Source: Candidatus Velthaea sp.
Lineage (GTDB): Bacteria; Vulcanimicrobiota; Vulcanimicrobiia; Vulcanimicrobiales; Vulcanimicrobiaceae
DNA: 64,000 bases
Reading direction: 5' to 3'
NCBI GenBank assembly: GCA_050012475.1
Contig: JBEKHC010000006.1
Location: forward strand, 1 to 64,000
Positions 39,033-48,280 of this stretch are shown here, piece by piece. The notes under the pieces were generated by a model. That model made no database searches, was not told the DNA's origin, and saw only the letters and a program-made list of their open reading frames with translations. The position numbers were made by a program, and so were the translations under genes. Each line of letters starts with the position of its first letter. Within the stretch, counting starts at the first letter, position 1.

Positions 39033-42014
39033 ATGTTGAGCAAACGGCCGGCGAGCGCATTAGCGCCGCGCGGCACGATCGTGCTGGCGGAAGACGATGC
39101 AGCCACCCGCATCGTTCTGTGCCGAATGCTCTCCAATGAGAATTTCCGTGTCGTCGCCGTCGAAAACGGCCGCCTTGCCTGTGAAGCCGTGCGACGCGAG
39201 CGTCCGGACGTCATCGTGCTGGACTGGCTGATGCCGGTTATGGACGGCCGCGCAGCGGTCGAGGAGTTGAAGTCGAGCGTTCAAACGCGCAGCATCCCGA
39301 TCGTCATGCTCACGAGTCTCTCGCAGGTCGACGAACGGATCATCGCGCTCGAATCGGGCGTGCAAGATTTCTTGAGCAAACCATGCGATCCGCGCGAGCT
39401 GATCGCTTGCATCGAACAGCAGCTGCGCTGGCGCCAGGGTCTGGCCGTCGACGCGGACGCCGCGTTCATTGCCGAACGCGACGCAATCCGCGCGGCGAAC
39501 GAACGCCGGTACCGTTTGCTAACCGAAGCAATGCCGCACATCGTGTGGATCGCGGATTCACACGGAGAGATCACCTATTTCAATCGCGCCTGGTGGGACT
39601 ATGCGGGCGGTTCGCCGGAAAGCAGTGTCGGCGCCCATTGGGCGTCGGCCGTCCATCCGGACGATCGCGCGCGCTCGCAAGCACCTTGGCCCGCGGCGTT
39701 GGCGACCGGAAAACCGTACGAAGTGCAATGCCGTCTGCGGCGCAAGGCGGACGGCATGTATCGCTGGCATCTCGTGCGCGCCATTCCGACGAACGACGAG
39801 CACGGCGCCGTCATCGAATGGGTGGGCTCATGCGCCGACATCCACGACTACAAGATCGCCAGCGAAACGCGCGCTATCCTGGATTCGATCGGCAGCATCG
39901 TGGCAATTCGAACCGAGGACGGCTTCGTCGATTATGCCAGCCCGTGTTGGAATCAGCACACCGGATCGCCCGTCGGTTCGGCGCTAGGCTTCGGCTGGCG
40001 TGACTTCGTCCATCCCGACGACCTGCCCGTCGTCGAGCACAGCCGCACCTCGTTCTCCGCGAGCGACAACGACCCGCACCAATACGAGATGCGGTTGCGC
40101 GGACGCGACGGCCGCTATCGCTGGTTTTTGACGCAGACGACGGTGCTCCCCGAAACGCCCGACGCCCCACACCGCTGGATCGACACATCGACCGACATCG
40201 ACGAGTTCAAGCGCACGCAATCCGCCTTGGCAAATAGCGAAGCGCGCTACCGCGCGCTAACCGACTCGATGCCGCAGCTGGTGTGGGTCATGGGCGAGTC
40301 GGTTTGTGAATACGTCAATCACCGCTGGTCGGAGTACACCGGTTTCGATCTTGGCGCGACGCGCAGCGCCGGTCCCGCTGCGCTCGTCCATGACGACGAT
40401 CGTGCGGCGCTCGAAGCAATTTCGACGGCAGCGCCCGATCTCGAATATACGTGTGAGGCTCGCTTTCGACGCAACGACGGCACGTATCGTTGGCACGCCG
40501 TACGCGCGGTGGCTTTCGACGGCGCAGGTGAAACGTCGCCGAAGTGGATTGGAACCGCGACCGATATCGAAGACAGCAAGGCCGCCGCGACGCTGCTGGC
40601 GGGAACCGCCGCCGCCCTCGAGCATCTCGCCCACCACGATCCGATGACGAACCTGGCCAACCGGCGGCTGCTCGAAGAGCGTCTTTCGCAGGCCATCGCC
40701 TTGGCGCAACGCGCCAAAACCGAAGTGCTCGTGCTTTACCTCGATCTCGATCGCTTCAAGATCGTCAATGATACGCGCGGCCATGCTGCCGGCGACCGCG
40801 TCTTGGCCGTGACGGGCGAACGGATCGCCGACGCGCTGCGTACCGGAGACACGGCCGGACGCGTCGGCGGCGACGAGTTCGTGCTGGTCTGCGCGACATC
40901 GGAGGCAAAACACGAAGCAGGAAGGCTCGCAACTCGTTTGCTCCACGCCGTGAACGAGCCGATCGAGATCGACGGCACATCGGTTAGCATCGGCGTCAGC
41001 ATCGGCATCAGCTTGTATCCGTCCGATGGCACGACCGTCACGGAGTTGATCCGCAAGGCCGACAGTGCGATGTACGCCGCCAAACAAAGCGGCCGCAACT
41101 TGTTTCACCTCTTTCAAGAGGAAACGCACAGCTCCATCGTCGCGGCGATCGAACTCGAGGCAGAGCTCCACGCAGCCGTCGCCGAGCGTCAAATCGTGGT
41201 GCACTACCAGCCGATCGTCAGTCTGCGAACCAACCGGCTCATCGGCGCCGAAGCCCTCGTGCGTTGGCTGCATCCGCAGCGCGGACTGCTGCAGCCCGCC
41301 GATTTTCTGGCCTTTGCCGAACAGCACTGGCTCATGGGCGAGATCAGTGCGATCGTTCTCGACGCCGTCTGCGCGCAGATCGCGGCCCTCGGGCCGAGCG
41401 TCCCCGACGGTTTTCACATCTCGATGAACGTCTCCGCGCGCCAGCTCATCCAACCCGGCTGGGTCGCGCAAGTTGCCGACGCGCTGCGGCTGCACGGTGC
41501 GCAAGCACGGTATTTGCAGATCGAACTAGGCGAAAGCATCGTCACCGCGGAGGCCCGCTCGATTCGGGCGGTGCTCGACGACCTGCGAGCGTTGGGCGTC
41601 TCGCTCTCGATCGATGATTTCGGCACCGGCCTCGGATCGCTGGCGTCGATCAAAGACTTTCCGCTGCACACGCTCAAGATCGACCGCTCGTTCGTCGAGC
41701 GGATCGTCACCAATTCGAGCGATCAAGCCGTGGCCAAAACGATCATCATGCTCGCGCACAGTCTCGGATTCAAGGTCGTGGCAGCGGGCGTCGAAACGCC
41801 GGATCAAATCGCTGCATTGCGAGCTTTCGGATCCGACGCGTTTCAAGGCTACCTCGCCAGCCCGCCGATCGCGGCGGAGGAGCTAACCGCTTTCGTCGCG
41901 CGGCATGAACCGCGCGGCTTGCCGGTCGTGTACGCCGAATTCCAATCGACCGATTCTGCCGAAATCACTACCGTGTCCGGTGGGGCAACCGAACCCGGCC
42001 ACCCCGCCCATTAG
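39033..42014 (+). CDS. REC-PAS3-GGDEF-EAL c-di-GMP enzyme
   Basis: AEDD, LDWLMP, KP; three PAS/PAC repeats (VHPDD...YRW); intact GGDEF; EAL domain with AAGVE. Confidence 0.93.
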   Translation: MLSKRPASALAPRGTIVLAEDDAATRIVLCRMLSNENFRVVAVENGRLACEAVRRERPDVIVLDWLMPVMDGRAAVEELKSSVQTRSIPIVMLTSLSQVDERIIALESGVQDFLSKPCDPRELIACIEQQLRWRQGLAVDADAAFIAERDAIRAANERRYRLLTEAMPHIVWIADSHGEITYFNRAWWDYAGGSPESSVGAHWASAVHPDDRARSQAPWPAALATGKPYEVQCRLRRKADGMYRWHLVRAIPTNDEHGAVIEWVGSCADIHDYKIASETRAILDSIGSIVAIRTEDGFVDYASPCWNQHTGSPVGSALGFGWRDFVHPDDLPVVEHSRTSFSASDNDPHQYEMRLRGRDGRYRWFLTQTTVLPETPDAPHRWIDTSTDIDEFKRTQSALANSEARYRALTDSMPQLVWVMGESVCEYVNHRWSEYTGFDLGATRSAGPAALVHDDDRAALEAISTAAPDLEYTCEARFRRNDGTYRWHAVRAVAFDGAGETSPKWIGTATDIEDSKAAATLLAGTAAALEHLAHHDPMTNLANRRLLEERLSQAIALAQRAKTEVLVLYLDLDRFKIVNDTRGHAAGDRVLAVTGERIADALRTGDTAGRVGGDEFVLVCATSEAKHEAGRLATRLLHAVNEPIEIDGTSVSIGVSIGISLYPSDGTTVTELIRKADSAMYAAKQSGRNLFHLFQEETHSSIVAAIELEAELHAAVAERQIVVHYQPIVSLRTNRLIGAEALVRWLHPQRGLLQPADFLAFAEQHWLMGEISAIVLDAVCAQIAALGPSVPDGFHISMNVSARQLIQPGWVAQVADALRLHGAQARYLQIELGESIVTAEARSIRAVLDDLRALGVSLSIDDFGTGLGSLASIKDFPLHTLKIDRSFVERIVTNSSDQAVAKTIIMLAHSLGFKVVAAGVETPDQIAALRAFGSDAFQGYLASPPIAAEELTAFVARHEPRGLPVVYAEFQSTDSAEITTVSGGATEPGHPAH

Positions 42015-42029
42015 GATTAAGCGAGCTCT

Positions 42030-42240
42030 TTGAGCTCGCGTAATCCGTGACGTTTACCTCTTCGGGCCGAAACGCCGCGGCGTTCGGCGCCGCGCGCCTA
42101 GCCGCGGTTGCCTTCGCGGCTTCGCCCAATCCGTGACATTCGGCGTTGCGCACCCAGCCTTGGCCGCTATTAGGCCATCGGCCGACCCGCGGCGTTCGGC
42201 GCTATGCGCCGAGCCGCGGTTGCGTTTGGGCTTTGCCGGG
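42030..42240. repeat. BIME-like cluster of REP-like hairpins between convergent genes
   Basis: CCGCGGCGTTCGGCGC...GCGCCnAGCCGCGGTTGC at 42075 and 42187; AATCCGTGAC at 42042 and 42128; GCGTTTGGGCTT near 42222. Confidence 0.7.
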
Positions 42241-42249
42241 AGTCCGTTT

Positions 42250-43680
42250 TTAGAACAGATTCCAGAGATACTGGTTGTACACTTCGTGGTGGTATTGTAC
42301 TTCCTCGGGCTTCACGAACGTGCCTAACAGCTTCGGACAGCGGTCTGCGCTGGCTTGTTTGAGGTCGGCATACCGCGCCTTGACGTCCTCGCCGAGCAAG
42401 GTGCTCACCCACTGCGAAGAACGGAAATCGGCCAGCGCATCGTAGATGTTGTCGGGCAAGTAGCGATCGGCTTGGCGCAGGTTTTCGGTGCTGCTGATCG
42501 AGCCTTCCAGGCCCGTCTTGAAGACCGACAACAAGACCATGTACGGGTTCGCATCCGGCGCGACCGAGCGCATCTCGACGCGCGAACTGCGTTCGTTGCC
42601 GAGCGGAACGCGAATCATCGAACCGCGGTCGACGGCTGAAGCCTTGATTTGATTCGGCGCCTCGAAGTGCGGATCGAGCCGGCGGAACGCATTGACGCTG
42701 GCATTGAACACCAAGCACGTATCGCGGCCGACCGACAAGATGCGATCGATGAACTGCCAGCCGAAGTCGCTGAGCTTCTCTTCGCCGGCCGGATCCCACA
42801 TCAGGTTTTTGCCGTTCTGAGAGACCGAAACGTTGGTGTGCATCCCGCTGCCGTTGACGCCGACGACGGGTTTGGGCAAGAAGCTCGCCGTCATCCCGAG
42901 ATTCGTGGCGACTTGGCGGCAAATGAGCTTGTAGAGCTGAATCGTGTCGGCGCCCGCCGTTACTTCACCGTAACCGTAGTTGATCTCGAATTGCGACGGC
43001 GCGACCTCGGGATGATCCTTCTCATTCTCGAAGCCCATCGCGCGCTGCACTTCGGCGACCGTGTCGATGAAGGTTCGCAGCGGATCGCCGGGCAGCGAAT
43101 GATAGTAGCCGCCGGTGTTGACGTAATCGAATTTGCCGGTTTTATAGAAGTGCTGTTCGGCGTCGGCACCTTCGAAGACGAACCCTTCGATCTCGTTGGC
43201 CGCATTGAGCGTGTATCCGTTTTTCTCGAAATGCGTGTTCGAGAAGGCCTTGAGAATACCGCGAATGTCGGCGGGGAACGGCGAACCGTCTTTGTCGATC
43301 ACGTCGCCGAACACCAGCACTTTGCCCGACCCGAAGACGTCGGCCGGCGTCCAATAGAACGCGCTCCAATCCACGAACAACCGCAGGTCGCTCTCCTTTT
43401 GCGCCGTGAAGCCGCGAATCGACGAGCCGTCAAAGGTGAGATTGTCGCTCGACTTGATCAAAAATTTCTTATCGTAGTCGAGCATGTGCAAACGGCCTTC
43501 AAGATCGCTGAACAACAGCGTGACGGCCTTGATCCGCTTCTCATCGGCAAGATATTTGATCCGCTTTTCTTGCAGCACATGCAGCGGGACGCGTTTCTTT
43601 CGCTCCTCTTTTGCCGCCAAGTTAAGCTCTTCGAGCTCGCTGTACGGCAACTCGAGAAAGTCGCGTAAGTTGGTCGTCAT
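42250..43680 (-). CDS. glnA: Glutamine synthetase family protein
   Basis: FDGSSI, EIEGF, HPEVAPSQFEI, FLPKP..GVNGSGMH, RVEMRS..PDANPY; GGAG RBS. Confidence 0.92.
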   Translation of the reverse strand: MTTNLRDFLELPYSELEELNLAAKEERKKRVPLHVLQEKRIKYLADEKRIKAVTLLFSDLEGRLHMLDYDKKFLIKSSDNLTFDGSSIRGFTAQKESDLRLFVDWSAFYWTPADVFGSGKVLVFGDVIDKDGSPFPADIRGILKAFSNTHFEKNGYTLNAANEIEGFVFEGADAEQHFYKTGKFDYVNTGGYYHSLPGDPLRTFIDTVAEVQRAMGFENEKDHPEVAPSQFEINYGYGEVTAGADTIQLYKLICRQVATNLGMTASFLPKPVVGVNGSGMHTNVSVSQNGKNLMWDPAGEEKLSDFGWQFIDRILSVGRDTCLVFNASVNAFRRLDPHFEAPNQIKASAVDRGSMIRVPLGNERSSRVEMRSVAPDANPYMVLLSVFKTGLEGSISSTENLRQADRYLPDNIYDALADFRSSQWVSTLLGEDVKARYADLKQASADRCPKLLGTFVKPEEVQYHHEVYNQYLWNLF

Positions 43681-43832
43681 ATGATTATTTTGAAACTCCT
43701 TGACGTGCCCCGGTTTGAGGCGCAAATCGCGTGAGACCGGCGGGAACGGTGCGTAGTTAGCAGCCTATAGCCGAATTCCTCGCTTTAATTGGGTGACCAA
43801 CCGGCTCACTTTTCTTTAAAAGAACAAAGGTT

Positions 43833-43981
43833 GTCCGGGGAACAATGTCCGCCCGCCGAGCATGGAAGCACTCCCAGGTCGCCCCTCGCAAACAACGGAA
43901 TAGCTCTTCTCGCTCCTTCCCCCGGCGTCCGAGGCACGTGAACGAAAGGAAAATGGTGCTCAGCGACCGCGTTCCCTCGAC
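43833..43981 (-). ncRNA. Candidate long-hairpin ncRNA (6S-like shape) or glnA leader
   Basis: Terminal GGGAAC/GTTCCC stem, CGCTGAGCA/TGCTCGGCG stem, pyrimidine-rich central bubble, apical imperfect stem. Confidence 0.4.
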
Positions 43982-44038
43982 TAATGCTCTGGTGAGCCCC
44001 CCGGCAGCGGTGTCCGCCGCCTTCGCAGGGTGGCGTCG

Positions 44039-44281
44039 ATGACGCTGCGCGCCGTGATTGTGTTCGCGCTGCTCGCGGCGATCGTCATTCCGGTGGTTGT
44101 GGCGGAGTTGCGGCGGTTTCGTCCACGGCCCGGAAGCCGTACGAGCGCGCCGCGCCCGCCCAAACACGCGGCGGCCGCAAAAACGCCGCTCCGGCTCGTC
44201 GTCAACCGGAACGACATGGACCGCGAACTCGCCGCCCTGCTGGCCAAGAATAGCCGCGAGACGCCGGAGCCGGACGAATAG
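44039..44281 (+). CDS. Small membrane-anchored hypothetical protein
   Basis: N-terminal TM helix; apparent operon with the next gene. Confidence 0.65.
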   Translation: MTLRAVIVFALLAAIVIPVVVAELRRFRPRPGSRTSAPRPPKHAAAAKTPLRLVVNRNDMDRELAALLAKNSRETPEPDE

Positions 44282-44286
44282 CCCGG

Positions 44287-44706
44287 ATGCGCGGGCTCGC
44301 CGCCGGACTGGGCTTGGCCATCATCGCGGCCGGGTGCTCGCCGGCGCCGACCTCGACCACCGACCGTTGCGACCCGGCCGCTTTCCGCAGCGTGCAAGCC
44401 GCGCGCGCCGGCCACGCGGAGGTAACGCTGTGCGGAACGGTCGTGCGGACCGGCCGCGTGCGCCGTTCGCGCAGCGGTGTGCACCGCGTTTTCATTGTCG
44501 ACGTCGGGAACGGCGACCGCGTCCAAATCGACGCGAATGTCGACATCATGGGAGACTTTCCCATTCGCAGCGGCGAGTACGCCGTGATCCGCGGCGAATA
44601 TTATTACGACGCCCCCGGCCGCGACGGCGTTCACTGGACACACCGCACCGATCGCGGGAGCCATCCGCCCGGCTACGTCACGCTCGACGGCGTGACGTAC
44701 CGTTAA
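44287..44706 (+). CDS. DUF3465-like OB-fold lipoprotein
   Basis: Lipobox AAGC; HRVFIV, NVD, GEYYY, VHWTH, HPPGYV. Confidence 0.85.
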   Translation: MRGLAAGLGLAIIAAGCSPAPTSTTDRCDPAAFRSVQAARAGHAEVTLCGTVVRTGRVRRSRSGVHRVFIVDVGNGDRVQIDANVDIMGDFPIRSGEYAVIRGEYYYDAPGRDGVHWTHRTDRGSHPPGYVTLDGVTYR

Positions 44707-44713
44707 CCCGCTC

Positions 44714-44974
44714 TCAGCGCTGCGCGCGAGCGTCGAGAAACGCCGAGCCCAGCGCGGCTAGTCCGAGCAGCGACACGACCGCGATCGCGGCGCCGTTGCC
44801 GGCAAAGTGAAACGGCACGACGGCGACCAGGCCGATCGCGGCAACGATGGTGAGCACGCGCGTGCGCTGGGTGTAGCGGCTGCAGTTGCGCTTGCGCGTC
44901 ATATAGAGGAAGAACGCATACAACACCAAGCCGGCCAGCTCGTACGGATAACCGGCGTCGAGGACGGCATTCAT
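44714..44974 (-). CDS. Small three-TM membrane protein
   Basis: MNAVLDAGYPY...; start overlaps the upstream stop (ATGA). Confidence 0.7.
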   Translation of the reverse strand: MNAVLDAGYPYELAGLVLYAFFLYMTRKRNCSRYTQRTRVLTIVAAIGLVAVVPFHFAGNGAAIAVVSLLGLAALGSAFLDARAQR

Positions 44975-46599
44975 GACCGTTCGGTCCTCCAGGCCGCAGC
45001 GTTCCAGGTCGGCAGAAAGGCATTGGGCGCAAACCCGCGGAGCCGGCGCGCGTACGCGTACACGTACGCCGGATTGAACAGATAGACGATCGGCACGGCC
45101 GCCGCGACGCGCCGCTGGACTTGCGCGTAGAGCGCTGCTCGCAGCGCGCGATCGGGTGTGGCGATCGCGCGCCGTTCGAGTTCGTCGACCGCCGGATCGC
45201 ACCAGCGCATGTAGTTGGCCGTTCCACGGCACGTCAGCAGAAAACTGTCGTCGGGGTCGGCGCCCATCGACCACGGCACATAGGCGAGGTCGAAGGCACC
45301 GCCGGCCAGCGTGCCGCCTTGCGACGCGGGCAGAAAAAGCTGCGCGTTCGAGATCGACTTGATCGTGATGGCGATGCCGCGCGCGGCCAGTTCGCTTTGC
45401 ACCACCGTCGCGACGCGGACGCCCGTCGTCGTTTCGGGAAACTGCACGTACGTCAACGCGAGAGCGCGGCCGGCTTGCATCCGCATCCCGCCCGGGCCGC
45501 GTTTCCAGCCTGCTGCGTCGAGCAGCGCGTCGGCGGCGCGCGGATCGTAAGCGGGGAGACGCGCGGCCGGATCGTGCGCCCACGACGTCAGCGGCTGATC
45601 CGTATCGATCGGCGGATACCGTCCATACGTTATTTTGCGGCTGATGCCCGCCCGGTCGATCGACGCCGCCAACGCTCGGCGCACGCGGACGTCGTCGAGC
45701 GGCGGATGCGTCGTGTTGATCGCGATCCCGGCAACCAGCGCGAGCGGCGCGATCGCGTACGCCAGCCCCGGCTTGCCGGCGAGCGCGGCTTGTTGCGCGG
45801 GTGCGATCAGATTCCAGTCGATCGCGTCGCTGCGCAGTAAGGTGAGGTTGGTGCCCGGATCGGGCACGATGTTGAGCTGCAAACGCTGCACGGGCGGGCG
45901 GCCGTGCCAGTACGCCGGATTGGCCTCGTAGATGAGGCGCTCGCCCCGATCCCAACGCACGAAGCGAAAGGGCCCGTTGCCGACCGGATGCGCACCGAAG
46001 GCGTCCTGCGCGAGATTCGCCCGTCCGGCGAGCAGATGCTCGGGCAGCACGTACTGCGGCGCCGTTCCGTAGCTGAAAAACGTCGCCACGGCCGGCGCCC
46101 AAGCCGAGCGCAACCGGATGCGCACGGTTCGGTCATCGAGCCGTTCGGCCGCCGCGATCCGGTCGTAGCCTTCACGCGAACGGACCGGATTGCGCGGATC
46201 CACGATCGCGCGCAGCGTGAAGAGCACGTCCCGCGCGGTCACGAGCGGTCCGTCCTGCCAGTGCACGCCGGGGCGCAGATGATACGTGATGGTCCGCCCG
46301 TCGCGGCTGAGGTCGCCGTTGGCCAATGTCGGTATGCGCGCTAGGAGCACCGGAATCGATTTGCCGCGAGCGTCGATGTCGATGAACGGCTCGAACGCCA
46401 GGCGCGCCACTTGGCCCTCAACGCTGTTGGCATCGACGTGCGCGAAGAGCGGATCGAGCGTGGCCGGATCGGCGGGCAGATCGAACCGGACACTGCTCTG
46501 GGCCGTCCCGGCGGGCGGCTGCGCTCGGCTGCAGCCCCCGAGCGCCGCGGCCACTACCAGCACACAGAAAAGACGGCGCCCGGCCGCGAAGAATCGCAT
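44971..46599 (-). CDS. Peptide ABC substrate-binding protein (family 5), lipoprotein
   Basis: Lipobox LGGC; WQDG..VTARDV, PVGNGPF, VRRAL. Confidence 0.92.
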   Translation of the reverse strand: MRFFAAGRRLFCVLVVAAALGGCSRAQPPAGTAQSSVRFDLPADPATLDPLFAHVDANSVEGQVARLAFEPFIDIDARGKSIPVLLARIPTLANGDLSRDGRTITYHLRPGVHWQDGPLVTARDVLFTLRAIVDPRNPVRSREGYDRIAAAERLDDRTVRIRLRSAWAPAVATFFSYGTAPQYVLPEHLLAGRANLAQDAFGAHPVGNGPFRFVRWDRGERLIYEANPAYWHGRPPVQRLQLNIVPDPGTNLTLLRSDAIDWNLIAPAQQAALAGKPGLAYAIAPLALVAGIAINTTHPPLDDVRVRRALAASIDRAGISRKITYGRYPPIDTDQPLTSWAHDPAARLPAYDPRAADALLDAAGWKRGPGGMRMQAGRALALTYVQFPETTTGVRVATVVQSELAARGIAITIKSISNAQLFLPASQGGTLAGGAFDLAYVPWSMGADPDDSFLLTCRGTANYMRWCDPAVDELERRAIATPDRALRAALYAQVQRRVAAAVPIVYLFNPAYVYAYARRLRGFAPNAFLPTWNAAAWRTERS

Positions 46600-46723
46600 A
46601 CGTTTCAGGCGTTTCGTTGCGCCGGCGGCGACCCCGCTCGCCCGCAAAAACATCACGAATGTTTCGAGGGTACTTTCATATTTATATCGAACATATCGAG
46701 CGTGACAGAGGGAGTGTCCAACG

Positions 46724-47209
46724 ATGATCGCGCATTCCGAGCTTGATCAGCTCGACCTTCAGCTCGTCGAAGCGTTGCAGCGAAACGCCCGTTCTACCTT
46801 TGCGGAGCTGGGCACCATCGTCGGCCTCAAGGCACCCGCCGTGCACGAGCGCGTGAAACGGCTGGAGAATCGCGGCTACCTCCGCGGCTACGCCGCCCAG
46901 GTTGACAATCGGCGCTTGGGCTACGAACTCATGGCATTCGTTGGCGTCGTCACCGCGCCGGAGAAAACGTACGACGAGTTCACCACCCAAATTGCGACGC
47001 TCCCCGAAGTACTCGAGATGCACAGCGTCGCCGGCGACCAGACGTTTCTGCTCAAGGTTGCGACCCGCTCGACTGGGCACCTGGATGATTTGCTCTCGCG
47101 CATCAAGCGCATCCCGGGAATCGCGCGAACCCAAACCACGATCGTCCTTTCGACGCCGTTCGAACGGCCGGGGGTCGTCGTCGTGGATCGCGCGCTCCTG
47201 CCGGCGTGA
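46724..47209 (+). CDS. Lrp/AsnC family regulator
   Basis: LDQLD...LQRNAR, ERVKRLE..G, HSVAGD; GGAG RBS. Confidence 0.95.
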   Translation: MIAHSELDQLDLQLVEALQRNARSTFAELGTIVGLKAPAVHERVKRLENRGYLRGYAAQVDNRRLGYELMAFVGVVTAPEKTYDEFTTQIATLPEVLEMHSVAGDQTFLLKVATRSTGHLDDLLSRIKRIPGIARTQTTIVLSTPFERPGVVVVDRALLPA

Positions 47210-48267
47210 ACGCGGTGGTTTCCGGCTGCCGCCTCGGAAGCCACCGCGTCGTGAGCCCCGCCGGAAGTCTGCCCCAGGCCGCTTGGCAGCTGGACAACAC
47301 GCCGACGCCATATGCCAACGAGATCCTCTGCGGGGTCGACGTTCTCAACATCGACTCGGCATCGTTTCGGCAAATCGCCGAGTCCTGCTCGCACGATCCT
47401 GCGGCGATCGGCCGGCACATCGCGCAAACCGTGGCCGAGCGCGGCAAACAGCATAACCCGGTCACCGGCAGCGGTGGGATGTTCGTGGGCCGGGTGCTCG
47501 AAATCGGCCCGGAGTTGGCGGCGCGCGACGACATTGGGGTTGGCGATGCGATCGCCTCGCTTGTTTCGCTGACGCTCACGCCGCTGACCATCACGGCCGT
47601 CCACGAGGTCGACGTCGCGACCGGCCGCGTCTGGATCGACGGACGGGCGATCCTGTTCGAGACCGGATCGTACGCTCGGTTGCCGGACGATCTTCCACTC
47701 GACGTCGTGCTGGCGGTGCTCGACGTTGCGGGCGCCCCGGCCCAGGTTGAGCGGCTGGCCCAGCCCGGCCAAAGCGTGTGCGTGATCGGCGCCGACGGGA
47801 AATCCGGCCTTCTGGCATGTGTCGCGGCCCGCGGCCGGGTCGGTCCGGCCGGACGGGTCGTGGGGCTCGTTCCGGTTGCCGGCTCCGCCGCTGCCCGCCT
47901 TTTGATCGAGCACGGCTACGTCGACGCAATCGTGGAAGCCGACGCTCGCGACGCACTGGCCGTCGTCGCTGCCATCGCGACCGCGCTCCCCGGCCTCGCC
48001 GATCTGGTCGTGAATTGCGTCAACGTCCCGGGCACGGAGCTGGCCTCGATCCTGTGCGCACGCGACGAGGGCACGGTCTACTTTTTTTCGCTGAACACCT
48101 CGTTCACCGCGGCGGCGCTGGGCGCCGAAGGGGCGGCCAAAGACGTCACGATGATCGTCGGCAACGGGTATGCCAAGGGCCACGCCGCCTGCGCGCTGCA
48201 AACGCTGCGCGATCATGTCCCAGTTCTAACATATTTCACGCAACGCTACGCCCCCCGAGCGGTTTGA
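47206..48267 (+). CDS. kdd: L-erythro-3,5-diaminohexanoate dehydrogenase
   Basis: G.HRV..P.G.LPQ.A, LNIDSASF, GKQHNPVTGSGGM, SLVSLTLTPL, LDVAGAP. Confidence 0.9.
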   Translation: MNAVVSGCRLGSHRVVSPAGSLPQAAWQLDNTPTPYANEILCGVDVLNIDSASFRQIAESCSHDPAAIGRHIAQTVAERGKQHNPVTGSGGMFVGRVLEIGPELAARDDIGVGDAIASLVSLTLTPLTITAVHEVDVATGRVWIDGRAILFETGSYARLPDDLPLDVVLAVLDVAGAPAQVERLAQPGQSVCVIGADGKSGLLACVAARGRVGPAGRVVGLVPVAGSAAARLLIEHGYVDAIVEADARDALAVVAAIATALPGLADLVVNCVNVPGTELASILCARDEGTVYFFSLNTSFTAAALGAEGAAKDVTMIVGNGYAKGHAACALQTLRDHVPVLTYFTQRYAPRAV

Positions 48268-48280
48268 GAGAACTGGTTCT

